Source of the DNA: a virus
Strand: one strand, 5' to 3'
Virus record (IMG/VR): IMGVR_UViG_3300023717_000163
DNA: 64,000 nt
The first letter of the stretch is position 1. Each line of letters starts with the position of its first letter. Of the stretch, positions 38,255 through 47,799 are shown one piece after another. A program made the position numbers and the translations under genes. Below the pieces are notes generated by a model that saw only the letters and a list, made by a program, of their open reading frames with translations, was not told the DNA's origin and ran no database searches.

Positions 38255-38722
38255 ATGAACGACATTATTGAAACATTCATTCACGACCATTTGTTTTTAC
38301 ATTTGGTTTTGATAGCGGTAAGTATGACAGCTATCATAATCGCAATGGGGATAGATTTTATTTCGGGGATTCAGAAGGCCAAACAGCGTGGGGAACTTCG
38401 TACCTCGAAGAAGTACAAAATGACAGCGACAAAAGCGAAGAAATATTTTAATCCGTTTCTGACACTGGTTATGATTGACCTTATATGTTGCATCGTCATT
38501 CCATTTCCAGTATTCGCTATGTTATGGGCGGTTTATTGCGTTTTCTGTGAGTTCAAATCGGTACGTGAGAAATCATGGGAAAAGGCCGAGCTTCGGAAAG
38601 CGGAAAAGACCATGAGTATAATTATTGAGAATAAGGACGATATAGCACGACTGGCCGCACAAATATTGTTTGAAACACAAAAAGAAAAGGAGGATAAAAA
38701 TGACACGGGGACTACGGAATAA
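38255..38722 (+). CDS. Holin-like protein (three TM helices, charged C-terminus)
   Basis: Three hydrophobic helices followed by a Lys/Glu-rich tail. Directly upstream of the endolysin-like paralog. Confidence 0.5.
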   Translation: MNDIIETFIHDHLFLHLVLIAVSMTAIIIAMGIDFISGIQKAKQRGELRTSKKYKMTATKAKKYFNPFLTLVMIDLICCIVIPFPVFAMLWAVYCVFCEFKSVREKSWEKAELRKAEKTMSIIIENKDDIARLAAQILFETQKEKEDKNDTGTTE

Positions 38723-39116
38723 TAATCCGTTAAATATACGGAGAAATAATACGAAATGGCAGGGGTTGTCTGCAACACAGACAGATAAAAGTTTCTTTCA
38801 GTTTAAAACTATGGCATACGGTTATCGTGCTGCTTTTAAAACTCTTCAAACTTATATTCTTAATAAGTATGATACTGACAAAGACGGCACGGCCAATGAA
38901 CTTGAAGATGTTATTATGCGATGGGCACCGCCATGTGAGAACAATACTGAAGTGTATATTGCCACAGTCGAAAAGCGTTCAGGCATATCTCGTCATACAA
39001 TTCTGAACAGAAACAACCGGGAACAACTTATTGCGGTGGTGGCTGCAATGAGTTATGTTGAGAATGGTGTTCCTGCAAACATGGATGAGGTAAGGAAAGG
39101 TTGGGAGTTGATATAG
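38700..39116 (+). CDS. Putative endolysin / lysis protein, RNNNPGN family (paralog of 3441..3842)
   Basis: Start moved to the internal ATG MTRGLRNNNPLNIR, which aligns with the paralog's start. Overlaps the holin-like gene's end. Confidence 0.45.
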   Translation: MTRGLRNNNPLNIRRNNTKWQGLSATQTDKSFFQFKTMAYGYRAAFKTLQTYILNKYDTDKDGTANELEDVIMRWAPPCENNTEVYIATVEKRSGISRHTILNRNNREQLIAVVAAMSYVENGVPANMDEVRKGWELI

Positions 39117-39144
39117 GAAACAAACATATAAACACATAGAAGAT

Positions 39145-39852
39145 ATGGCAAACTTGAATTTTACTCTTAAAGAAGAGGATTGGTACGAAAGCCAACCTAT
39201 ACAGTTATCTACTGGGAAATTTGCTATTAGCATCAATTTTGGAGATGCAGCAAACAACAGAGTTGTTGTGTACAAAAGTTCTAATGGAAAGGATTATGTA
39301 CCTTACAAAACAGCACTTGGGGTTGGAGAGTTCTGTGATATGAATGTCGACGGGTTGATAGCCGGACAATATGTTATGGTAGGATGTAATGAACTTCCTA
39401 TTTCATCTTCATTTTTGGAAAGTTCTGATGGTAGCAGCAGTGCGAGCAAATCGGATATTTTAGCAGAAAGCGGACGTGCTCAACTGGCAGAGTCCCAACT
39501 GGAACAGTCCATAAATGCGGTGAAGACCGCTTTGGATGAATTGGTTGGTACTGTTGATGCGACTACGGCCATTGACACCTTCAATGAAATTGAAACCTTC
39601 CTTGCAGGAGTAACCAATGAAAAAACTCTGACTGGAATGTTGGCTGTTACTGATGGAAAGGCCGTGACCGCACAAACAACGGCTGATGCTGCAAAAAGTA
39701 CAGCTCAAACAGCTCTTAGCAAAGCCACTGCCAATGAAACAAAACTTAATACAATACCTGAAATGCCGGAGAATGACGGTAAGATATATGGTTTCTGTAA
39801 TGGTGCATGGGTAGTTATTGCGGAAGTTGGTAAAAATGTATATACAGATTGA
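39145..39852 (+). CDS. Fibre-like coiled-coil protein inside the lysis cassette
   Basis: 235 aa with an Ala/Thr/Gln-rich coiled-coil segment. Confidence 0.4.
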   Translation: MANLNFTLKEEDWYESQPIQLSTGKFAISINFGDAANNRVVVYKSSNGKDYVPYKTALGVGEFCDMNVDGLIAGQYVMVGCNELPISSSFLESSDGSSSASKSDILAESGRAQLAESQLEQSINAVKTALDELVGTVDATTAIDTFNEIETFLAGVTNEKTLTGMLAVTDGKAVTAQTTADAAKSTAQTALSKATANETKLNTIPEMPENDGKIYGFCNGAWVVIAEVGKNVYTD

Positions 39853-40412
39853 TTATGAGATTGAAGATAGGTATAGGAGTAATCTTTGTGTTACTCCTTG
39901 CGGCAACCTTTTTGATGTACCGGTTGTGGCAGGAAGAGAAGAAGGAAAGTGCCCGACTTTCAGATAATATGAAAAGTCTCTGTACTGGGCTTGAAGAATA
40001 TAAGATTAGGGATAGTCTAAATGTGGTTGAAAACCATGTTTTACGGCTTAACATAGAAGAATTGAAAGAGCTGCGGAGTGCGGATGCAAAACTAATAAAA
40101 GAATTGAATCTGCGTCCAAAAGAAGTCGAATATATCACAACCACAAAAGTTGTCACTAAAGACAGTATTGTATTTGTTCTGAAAGACAGCTGTTTCAATT
40201 ATTCAGATAAATGGGTGGATTTTTATGCAAATATTCCTGACAGCACATTTACTTATGAAGTGAGAGACAGTCTTTCAAGTGCGATAAGCCGGATATATAA
40301 ACACAGGTTCCTATGGTGGAGATGGGGGACAAAGGGGTATAAACAAACGATAGTCAATCATAACCCACGAAGCAAAATCGTTTATAATGAAATTGTAAAG
40401 GTGGAACATTAA
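39849..40412 (+). CDS. i-spanin-like protein (N-terminal TM plus coiled coil)
   Basis: LKIGIGVIFVLLLAATFLMYRLW followed by a charged coiled coil. Confidence 0.4.
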   Translation: MIMRLKIGIGVIFVLLLAATFLMYRLWQEEKKESARLSDNMKSLCTGLEEYKIRDSLNVVENHVLRLNIEELKELRSADAKLIKELNLRPKEVEYITTTKVVTKDSIVFVLKDSCFNYSDKWVDFYANIPDSTFTYEVRDSLSSAISRIYKHRFLWWRWGTKGYKQTIVNHNPRSKIVYNEIVKVEH

Positions 40413-40447
40413 TTAATAAGAAGGGAGCCGAAATGCTCCCTTCTCCT
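40412..40447 (+). terminator. Rho-independent terminator between convergent modules
   Basis: AGGGAGC-cgaaat-GCTCCCT hairpin followed by TTCTCCTTTTTCTTT. Confidence 0.5.
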
Positions 40448-40453
40448 TTTTCT

Positions 40454-40855
40454 TTAGAAAGGCAAATCGTCTTTTTGTTCCCCAAAATCCACTGGCGGTT
40501 GAGGTATGGCAGTTTGTACGGGTGCCGCGGTGGATGATGCCCCCTGATAATAAGTTTGGGGCTGTTGCGCTGCGGTAGGCTGTCCTGGATTACGGAGTGT
40601 TGCTTTCCAGCAAGTAATGGAGTTAAACCATTTTCCTTGCCATTCATTCGCATTAATATCTATTTCAATATCAACGTCTTGCCCGACTGCTAATCCAAAA
40701 TTCTGAATATTGCTATTCATTACTGAAAAAGCGACTTTTTTAGGGTATTGGCCGGGAATTTCCAAAACGAAATCTTGTCTTTGCCAGTTGTTACCATTTT
40801 TTGAGACACCCGATTGTATCGGTTGTGCCACAATAATTTTTCCTTCTAATTTCAT
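40454..40855 (-). CDS. ssb: Single-stranded DNA-binding protein
   Basis: OB-fold-like N-terminal domain, a Gln/Pro-rich linker and the C-terminal acidic tail DDLPF. Confidence 0.8.
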   Translation of the reverse strand: MKLEGKIIVAQPIQSGVSKNGNNWQRQDFVLEIPGQYPKKVAFSVMNSNIQNFGLAVGQDVDIEIDINANEWQGKWFNSITCWKATLRNPGQPTAAQQPQTYYQGASSTAAPVQTAIPQPPVDFGEQKDDLPF

Positions 40856-41041
40856 TGTTCGCTTATAAATAGTTAAACACTATATGCCCGGCCTTTTCAA
40901 GTTTACGGGCATAATCTAACATTCTTTCTTTAGTGCTGAAACTTTCATCATTCCACCAAATGCCAAATCTTTTAATCTGACACTGATAGCGTTTGTCTCC
41001 TAATAGATTCTCGGATATTCCTATACGATATTTTGCCATTT

Positions 41042-41707
41042 TTATTCATCATCCCCAGCCGGATTTAACTTGTCTGACTCATTGATTGCGCGGCTGATAA
41101 TATCACAATCAGTAAGTTTTCGTTGTATGATAGCCATCCCCCTTTTGCAATTATCACTTTGATTGAGGTCACAATACCCTCCCTTATATAAAATATCAGA
41201 AAGTTCGTCCAATACTTTAAGTGTGTCAGTGAGCCGGAGATATGTTATTCCGGTTACTTCTTTGTTGTATGGACGGACTTCTTCTATCCGTTTGTCAAGG
41301 GATAGACAAGCAAGCTCTGCCATACATCTTGTAAGTTCTACTTTGGCAAGTAAGGCACTGTTTTCAATCCGGCATTTGTCAAATTCCAGTTTAATGGAGT
41401 ATTCCATTTTAAGCAGATCAGGTTGTACTTCATCTGCAATATACTGGTTAGCATCAGCCATGAAAAAAGCCCGGTGTCCAGCTATTTTATTGATTTTCTT
41501 TTCATATTGAAGCATCAACTGTTCCAGTTTATTTCCTTGCTGCTTTACGCGGAAACGACAAAGCCTTGATTTACGTAATTCACTTAACATTTCTACAATT
41601 AAGGAACAAACTATGTCATTGGTGAACAATATGTTATATATTGCTGCCAGTGTGATATTTTCAGCTTTTAACTTCTTGTCTTTTATATCACCTATTTTTC
41701 TTTCCAT
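41042..41707 (-). CDS. Hypothetical protein
   Basis: 221-aa ORF. Confidence 0.45.
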   Translation of the reverse strand: MERKIGDIKDKKLKAENITLAAIYNILFTNDIVCSLIVEMLSELRKSRLCRFRVKQQGNKLEQLMLQYEKKINKIAGHRAFFMADANQYIADEVQPDLLKMEYSIKLEFDKCRIENSALLAKVELTRCMAELACLSLDKRIEEVRPYNKEVTGITYLRLTDTLKVLDELSDILYKGGYCDLNQSDNCKRGMAIIQRKLTDCDIISRAINESDKLNPAGDDE

Positions 41708-41797
41708 AAGTTCATGAAATCTTTATAGACACATGGTAGTGCAAAGATAAGGACAAACGTCTCAACAATCAACTTTATTAATTGTCCGGTTCCTATA

Positions 41798-42097
41798 TCA
41801 ATCCATTCTGTTTTTATTATAATTCATTTTGGCTTCAATGAGTGAATCAATGTCACATTTGAAATGATGTAGTGTACTTAGGGCAACAATGATTACATCT
41901 GCCAGTTCTTCTTCTACATCTAAATACTCTTTAATATGTGGAGATTTCTCACCCGTACACTCAAAGACTTCGGCAACTTCTTCAAGCAGATCGCGGTGAA
42001 GATTGTTGTTGCTATCATTGTCGGGATCAATCTTTCCACGTCTTACGGCACATTCATAAGCTTTCTGCGCGATCTCATTTAATTTTCCCATTATCAA
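41798..42097 (-). CDS. MazG-like nucleotide pyrophosphohydrolase
   Basis: EEVAEV...EELADVIIV motifs; 99 aa. Confidence 0.5.
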   Translation of the reverse strand: MIMGKLNEIAQKAYECAVRRGKIDPDNDSNNNLHRDLLEEVAEVFECTGEKSPHIKEYLDVEEELADVIIVALSTLHHFKCDIDSLIEAKMNYNKNRMD

Positions 42098-42476
42098 TAT
42101 GTTTTATCCAGTTATTATCTTTCTCCAAAAACCATTGCCAGCCATTTTGGGGCTTGATTTTTCGTTTTATATACCGGCGAACTGTGGCATAATTCAGATT
42201 TAGCTTTTGGGCGGCTTGGGTTATTGAATCGAATCTATACCATTTGCCTTCGGGAGTGATTGCGATACACGCAAAGGCATGGGCGTTTCCATTAGACCAA
42301 TATCTATGTCCTTTCAAAGCCTCGCTGTGTCTTTTTCTTATTTCAACAGCTCTCTCTTTGCCATAGTATTCTTCATAGGTTTTTCCTCTTAATCCGTGGT
42401 GATAGCCTTTATTGAAAACATTATGTCCGTTGACAACCCGTGTGACCGGTATTTCAGGGTCTAATCTTAATTCCAT
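42075..42476 (-). CDS. HNH-type endonuclease-like protein
   Basis: His/Asn-rich core (GHNVFNKGYHHG...H) and a C-terminal DNA-binding-like region. Confidence 0.4.
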   Translation of the reverse strand: MELRLDPEIPVTRVVNGHNVFNKGYHHGLRGKTYEEYYGKERAVEIRKRHSEALKGHRYWSNGNAHAFACIAITPEGKWYRFDSITQAAQKLNLNYATVRRYIKRKIKPQNGWQWFLEKDNNWIKHIDNGKIK

Positions 42477-42477
42477 A

Positions 42478-42993
42478 TTATTCCTTATTTTTGTAATTAT
42501 CTCTTCTCATTTGGTGATAGCGATAGTACATGGATAAGTCGAGTTTACGAATGAAATTATCATCCGCTTTCATGTCAGAAACTTTTTGGGCAGGCTTGAC
42601 TACCTCAAAGAAAATTCTCTTTACCGCATACCTTCCCTTTTCAAGAGAATAACATTGCACTGATCCTTCATAAGCATAAATAAGCCCGGCAAAATCAGGG
42701 ACTTCATCGGGCTTTATCAAACTTTTTGGTACTATATAATAAAAATAATTGGTACGTTGGCCGGAAGTGACAACATCAAACTTGTTCTTGCCATATTTAT
42801 CACTTTTCTTTTTATCCTTATGGAAATCACATCTGCTTACTTTTACTTCATATTCATAAGTCAGGCGTGACCGGGTAACTTCCAATAAGTCAGCTTCCCA
42901 TTTCCCGACAAAAATATTGGGAAAGATGCGGTTTCCTTTTTTATCACGAAAAACATGATCGCAAAAGCCTTGTATAATATCAAGTGTTTTCAT
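42478..42993 (-). CDS. Possible PD-(D/E)xK-type nuclease
   Basis: EADLLEV...EYEVKVS resembles a D-ExK motif. A weak call. Confidence 0.3.
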   Translation of the reverse strand: MKTLDIIQGFCDHVFRDKKGNRIFPNIFVGKWEADLLEVTRSRLTYEYEVKVSRCDFHKDKKKSDKYGKNKFDVVTSGQRTNYFYYIVPKSLIKPDEVPDFAGLIYAYEGSVQCYSLEKGRYAVKRIFFEVVKPAQKVSDMKADDNFIRKLDLSMYYRYHQMRRDNYKNKE

Positions 42994-43397
42994 TTGATCT
43001 TTCCATGTTCCTTATCCAGTTCATACTCAAAAAATCCTTTTGCCTTATCATAAAGTCCGTCCTTTATATCAGAGAAATACATAGCGGCATTAAAGGCTTT
43101 CAATGCTGCCACACGAGCTTTCTTCTTATAATAGTCTGCCCGTTTGATCGTATTTTCTTCTTTTCTACGTTCTTGCTGTTCCAAATATCGGTCAACCGCT
43201 TCTCGTCCCCAACGGAACATGTCTTCTTTGTCGGCAAAGGTGGCAGATTCTTCACGGATCAGCCTTTTCTCCGAGGAAATGACATAAGCTGATATTCCTT
43301 TGTATCTACGAATGGAAACGGCTATGTCGAAACCTTTATAATTTTGCTGTTCAACATAGCCGCCAAGAGTATATGGGAAGTCTGTCTTTTCTATCAT
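42990..43397 (-). CDS. Hypothetical protein
   Basis: 135-aa ORF, ATGA-coupled to rtcB. Confidence 0.45.
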   Translation of the reverse strand: MIEKTDFPYTLGGYVEQQNYKGFDIAVSIRRYKGISAYVISSEKRLIREESATFADKEDMFRWGREAVDRYLEQQERRKEENTIKRADYYKKKARVAALKAFNAAMYFSDIKDGLYDKAKGFFEYELDKEHGKIK

Positions 43398-44665
43398 ACA
43401 GCTTTGATATTGATTAGTGGCACAATTGTATCAATAATTTCTACCGTAGGTTCTATAAGCTCTTTTATTTCCTGAACATTTTTGTATGCCATAGGACTTT
43501 CATCCAATGTCCCTTCACATACGGAAGTGGAATACACTTTGCTCATTTGGGTTTTGAATGCGTCCATTGATAATCTTTCTTTAGCTTCGGAACGGGAGTA
43601 TAAGCGTCCTGCACCATGTGGTGCAGAATAGTTCCAGTCTTTGTTTCCCTTACCACGACAAAGAAGAATACCGTCTGCCATATTCATAGGAATCACAACG
43701 TAATCATTGGCGTATGCGGCAATAGCCCCTTTACGGATTATCATATCATCAAAGCTGATATAGTTATGGACTGTCTCAACGGATATTGTAGCGTTCCAGC
43801 TCAAAGTTCTGATTATACGCTGTATAATCAACTTGCGGTTGAATGCGGCATATCCTTGTGCGATCACCATGTCACATAAATAGTGGAGCATTGCTTCATT
43901 TGTGAGATACCCGGAATATTCGGCAAATTTTTCCTTCAAACGTAGTATTTCAGTTTGCATGAATTGTGGCTCAACAGTGGACTTCAAGCGTTGAATTTCA
44001 TTAGAAAAAGCCTTTTTATCAAATTTTGCTATTTCTGCATGGTATTTACAGACCTTCACACCAAAGTTGCGCGATCCGGTATGTATTGTAAGAAATATAT
44101 TATTGGTTGACTCGGCACGCCCCAGTTCTATAAAGTGGTTTCCACCTCCCAATGTACCTAAAGAGTTGTAGAATGTGCCTTCATTTATCCCCACCTTCTT
44201 ACAAAGTTGTGATACATATTCTTCATTAATAACTGGTTTGGTTAGTTGGTATTTAGAGCAGAACTGATCCATTCTGATAGATAAGAAGGTAAACAAATCT
44301 TCCTTTTCTTGTTTGGATAAGGGTTGTTGGTTAATCTCAAATCCCATAGGTATGATGGAACGGATTGCATGATTAATGTCCGGGAAAGAACCTTCTGTTA
44401 TTGCGTTTTCAATTTCTACACACAACATTCCACAACCAATATCCACTCCGATATGATTGGGGTTGACACGATCTGTAACTGGCATGGTGAATCCAATCAC
44501 TATATCTACTCCTTGATGGGTATCAGGCATAATACGAACCGGAACACCAGTCGTAACCGGATTGTTCAAAATGTTTTGTATCGTTCCAATAGCTTCATTT
44601 TCTATTGTATTTGCAAATATTTTACAATCTTTGCCGAATTTTCCTTGTAATTCAATCATAATCAA
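43394..44665 (-). CDS. rtcB: RtcB RNA-splicing ligase
   Basis: MPDTHQG, GVDIGCGM, LGTLGGGNHFIE, HNYI, SAPHGAGR and DESPMAYKNV all match RtcB active-site motifs. Confidence 0.85.
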   Translation of the reverse strand: MIMIELQGKFGKDCKIFANTIENEAIGTIQNILNNPVTTGVPVRIMPDTHQGVDIVIGFTMPVTDRVNPNHIGVDIGCGMLCVEIENAITEGSFPDINHAIRSIIPMGFEINQQPLSKQEKEDLFTFLSIRMDQFCSKYQLTKPVINEEYVSQLCKKVGINEGTFYNSLGTLGGGNHFIELGRAESTNNIFLTIHTGSRNFGVKVCKYHAEIAKFDKKAFSNEIQRLKSTVEPQFMQTEILRLKEKFAEYSGYLTNEAMLHYLCDMVIAQGYAAFNRKLIIQRIIRTLSWNATISVETVHNYISFDDMIIRKGAIAAYANDYVVIPMNMADGILLCRGKGNKDWNYSAPHGAGRLYSRSEAKERLSMDAFKTQMSKVYSTSVCEGTLDESPMAYKNVQEIKELIEPTVEIIDTIVPLINIKAV

Positions 44666-44871
44666 ATCTTTTCGTTAAGTTTTTCAAGAAGTTCATTCGC
44701 ACAGTTCTTTGCGTATTCTTCATCTTCATCATGAAAGGACTTGACTGTTATCCAAATCCCTGCAAATTTAACTTGCACTTTGTAATCAGGAAGAAGGTAT
44801 TTCTCTCTGTTTTCGCTGCGATTATCTTCTACGAAGGTAGTCGTTTTATTAATTCTGTACTGTTTCATCAT
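44662..44871 (-). CDS. Hypothetical protein
   Basis: 69-aa ORF. Confidence 0.4.
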   Translation of the reverse strand: MMKQYRINKTTTFVEDNRSENREKYLLPDYKVQVKFAGIWITVKSFHDEDEEYAKNCANELLEKLNEKI

Positions 44872-45124
44872 TATTTATTTCTTTAGAGTGGCAATTTCTA
44901 TCAAGTATCTCAATGCACTGTTTAATCCCAGTATCAAATCCTTCTTTATAGTCTTTGGTATGCTCACCTAAAACATATATAGTCATTGACAGCCAAAATA
45001 GAAGTATGCCAACGGATTTATACCAGCATGGTAAAGATATAGAAAAGGGTTTTAAGGTGATAGAGAAATCACCGATCCACAGAAGACCGGCAATGAGCAT
45101 GAGTAAATATAAGACTTTCATCAT
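44849..45124 (-). CDS. Small membrane protein
   Basis: 91 aa with two or three hydrophobic helices. Confidence 0.4.
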   Translation of the reverse strand: MMKVLYLLMLIAGLLWIGDFSITLKPFSISLPCWYKSVGILLFWLSMTIYVLGEHTKDYKEGFDTGIKQCIEILDRNCHSKEINNDETVQN

Positions 45125-45611
45125 TTATCATTGTTAAGTTCAACATATTTGCCTTGTAAAGAGCAGTTCCTTAAAATTTCGGCATTTTCCCGGCCAAATG
45201 CAATAAGAACACTACCGCAACCGGGGCTGTCCCCACGTGTTCCATCGGGACGGAAGAATTTTATTCGATTTCTCAAAAACATCATACCAGTTGCTTTCGT
45301 GAAGATGATGTCTTGAAACTTATTGCTGTCACACCGGTTAAAAAGTAGTGCTATACCGTTGCCGTGTTCTGCCAATTTCTCTACAAACTGCCATATAAGC
45401 GGTTTGGAGTACGGAGGGTTAAGCCAAATTCGCCCCCCCAATTTTGTACAAGACCATTGTCCTGCTTGTTGTACATGATTTTTGCAGTAGGCCAAAGAGG
45501 GTGCATGGGAGCACATGGATCAAGGTCAAATTCACCTAATGCTTCAATGATTTCTCGTGGTGTGTACCATTCATCGGAAGCATTTGCAGATCGTTCAAAA
45601 GATGTATTCAT
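45121..45611 (-). CDS. DNA N6-adenine methyltransferase (phage Dam, DEWYTP...NPPY type), frame broken at a G7/C7 homopolymer
   Basis: The N-terminal part (45381..45611) carries DEWYTPREIIEALGEFDLDP. The C-terminal part (45121..45516) carries WLNPPYS. The frames join only if the tract at 45433-45439 has 8 rather than 7 residues. Confidence 0.7.
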
Positions 45612-45844
45612 GTATTACTTACATTTAGGATTTTACGAATTTCTATATGATCACAATTTTCATCAGCCTTTTTCAGAATATAAGCAATCTCTTCTTCCTT
45701 ACTCATGTTCTGTGGACGTTTCGTTGCTTCTGCTCTCAATTCAGAAATAATTTTATCTACTTCGGGATTAGGAGTTTCATATAATTTTTTAAGTTCAGCG
45801 GCTCTACGTTTAATAAGTCGCTCTGTCTTTTTGTTTAATTTCAT
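45608..45844 (-). CDS. Hypothetical protein
   Basis: 78-aa ORF. Confidence 0.45.
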   Translation of the reverse strand: MKLNKKTERLIKRRAAELKKLYETPNPEVDKIISELRAEATKRPQNMSKEEEIAYILKKADENCDHIEIRKILNVSNT

Positions 45845-45845
45845 C

Positions 45846-46745
45846 TTACAACATTTTAAAGTATTCCTTGCATAAAAATCCTTTTCTTGGTGAAAAGTCT
45901 TTGAAGTCGCAACTCATGTATATTTCCTTCCTATCAGCCCAATGTGCCATATCTTTCTGCCACTGTGGAATAATTTGGTGTGGATTGTTCAGATCACGAA
46001 AGGGTTGACAATGTGGAAGAAAACGGCGGCTTTTAGATTTCCAGTAGTTGACGCGCGCAAACGATTCTTTAAAGTCCATAAGGATGCAATACAAGAAATA
46101 TTCCCCTTTATATCCATACTTGTCTATTAAAGCGGAAGCACGTTCAACTTCTGCAATCTGTCCCGGTGTATCGCATCCAAAGCGAATACGTTTAATCCAT
46201 TTTACTTTTGCAAGTAGCCGAGCGATTTCATCCGTGATTAAACGGGCATCCAGTCCTTGATTAAAATCCACTTTGATACCCAGTTTGATGATTTTCTCTA
46301 TTTGCTGCAAGCCATAGTTTGAGGCCAGTATATTATTATCCATAAGGATAGCTTTTTTCCGTCCGGCTGTTATTTCCTCAATATCCATATAAGGTGAGAT
46401 TTTTCCTTCTTTTTTAGGAACAACACACCATTTACACCGATTGGGACACCCACGTGTCAGAAATCCATAGGATAAATTGGAGTCAATATTGTAGATCGAG
46501 TAATCAGGTTGAAGACGATCAACCTCAACTGGAAGAACTTTTTCAATATCATATCCGGTACCACCTTTTTCTATTTGGTTAGTATTGATATAATAGTTAT
46601 AGTCGGGTGTGAAAGTGAAAACTTTAGCTGCATATACTTTATCATATTCACATAGTGGATTATACCATTCCACTTGATCGCCTCTTGCTTTGTGGTAAGC
46701 ACTGATCTTCATAAGTGCTAAATTGGGGGGGGGAATTGCTATCAA
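45846..46745 (-). CDS. Radical SAM protein
   Basis: GCPNRCKWC (CxxxCxxC). A G9/C9 tract lies 16-24 nt upstream of the ATG at 46709, or inside the gene if the TTG at 46745 is the start. Confidence 0.55.
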   Translation of the reverse strand: MIAIPPPNLALMKISAYHKARGDQVEWYNPLCEYDKVYAAKVFTFTPDYNYYINTNQIEKGGTGYDIEKVLPVEVDRLQPDYSIYNIDSNLSYGFLTRGCPNRCKWCVVPKKEGKISPYMDIEEITAGRKKAILMDNNILASNYGLQQIEKIIKLGIKVDFNQGLDARLITDEIARLLAKVKWIKRIRFGCDTPGQIAEVERASALIDKYGYKGEYFLYCILMDFKESFARVNYWKSKSRRFLPHCQPFRDLNNPHQIIPQWQKDMAHWADRKEIYMSCDFKDFSPRKGFLCKEYFKML

Positions 46746-46766
46746 CGGCTAAAATTCCAATATTCA

Positions 46767-47114
46767 TTATTCTTCAAATTTAGGTTTTGGCATCCATGCT
46801 ATCGGTTCCCATGACGGAGGTATGCTGCTCATTGAAGAGTAAATTGGGTTACCTTTGTACGTGTCATAGATATAACCATCCATGCAGAACCATACATTGT
46901 TGCTATATGTACCGTTAAAAATCGCACCATGTTTACATAGAATGATGATGTCTTCATTTTCATCCGGTAACCGTTCTTTCACTGATACCCACGGAGGTTG
47001 TTTTGTCTGCCATCTGGCTCCTTCTTTGAATCCTATTCTAAAACAAGTTATTTTATCCCAGTCAGGATGTACGCCTCCAATTTCATTTACGGCTTCTTCT
47101 AATGTCTGTTTCAT
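46767..47114 (-). CDS. DUF551-like phage protein
   Basis: PWVSVKERLPDENEDIIILCKHG matches the DUF551 signature. Confidence 0.5.
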   Translation of the reverse strand: MKQTLEEAVNEIGGVHPDWDKITCFRIGFKEGARWQTKQPPWVSVKERLPDENEDIIILCKHGAIFNGTYSNNVWFCMDGYIYDTYKGNPIYSSMSSIPPSWEPIAWMPKPKFEE

Positions 47115-47116
47115 AT

Positions 47117-47785
47117 CTATTTATCAAATAAATTAGTTTGAACCAACCTTCCTCTCTCTGTTTTTATCTCCCCAAAACATTCCCGGTGAAAACGTTCTTC
47201 TTGTGCTTCAAAGTATTCTTCATCTATTTCAGTTGCATAGAAATCGAATCCAAGTCCATAAGCAGCTATTCTGCTGCTTCCTGAACCTAAATGACTATCA
47301 AAAATTTTGTCTCCCTCTTTGGCGTTTTTTCTTAATATTTCAGCATATAATTTCACTGGCTTCTGACAACGATGGATATTTCCACCTCGTTCTCCAATTG
47401 TACACCGGTTTAGAGTTATGATCCGAAGAGCCTTGTCAAAACTACTCCATGCCAATTCACCGTCAGACATAGTTAATCCATGTTGTCCTTTATCCCAAAC
47501 AATCCAACCCATTTTGGGAGGAAGATAGGTAGTAAAGTAGTTACCACCAAAAATTATTTGATTCTTCGATACCCTGAATAGTTCCTCAAAATATTTCTTT
47601 CCGGGGGGGGACTTATCCCAATCCTTTCTTTTATATTGTTTAAAGCCTAAATGCTTCGGCATCCCACCTTTGTGCATTATGTCTATGCCATACTGGGGAT
47701 CGACTATCGCTAAATCAAAGAACTTATCAGGAATCCCCTTCATGTATTCCATACAGTCCATGTTATATACTTCGCTTATCGGCAT
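47117..47785 (-). CDS. DNA methyltransferase, beta-class (motif IV before motif I); N6A or N4C
   Basis: DLAIVDPQY upstream of FDSHLGSGSS. An in-frame G8 tract encodes SPPGK. Confidence 0.6.
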   Translation of the reverse strand: MPISEVYNMDCMEYMKGIPDKFFDLAIVDPQYGIDIMHKGGMPKHLGFKQYKRKDWDKSPPGKKYFEELFRVSKNQIIFGGNYFTTYLPPKMGWIVWDKGQHGLTMSDGELAWSSFDKALRIITLNRCTIGERGGNIHRCQKPVKLYAEILRKNAKEGDKIFDSHLGSGSSRIAAYGLGFDFYATEIDEEYFEAQEERFHRECFGEIKTERGRLVQTNLFDK

Positions 47786-47799
47786 TATTTATATCCTTT

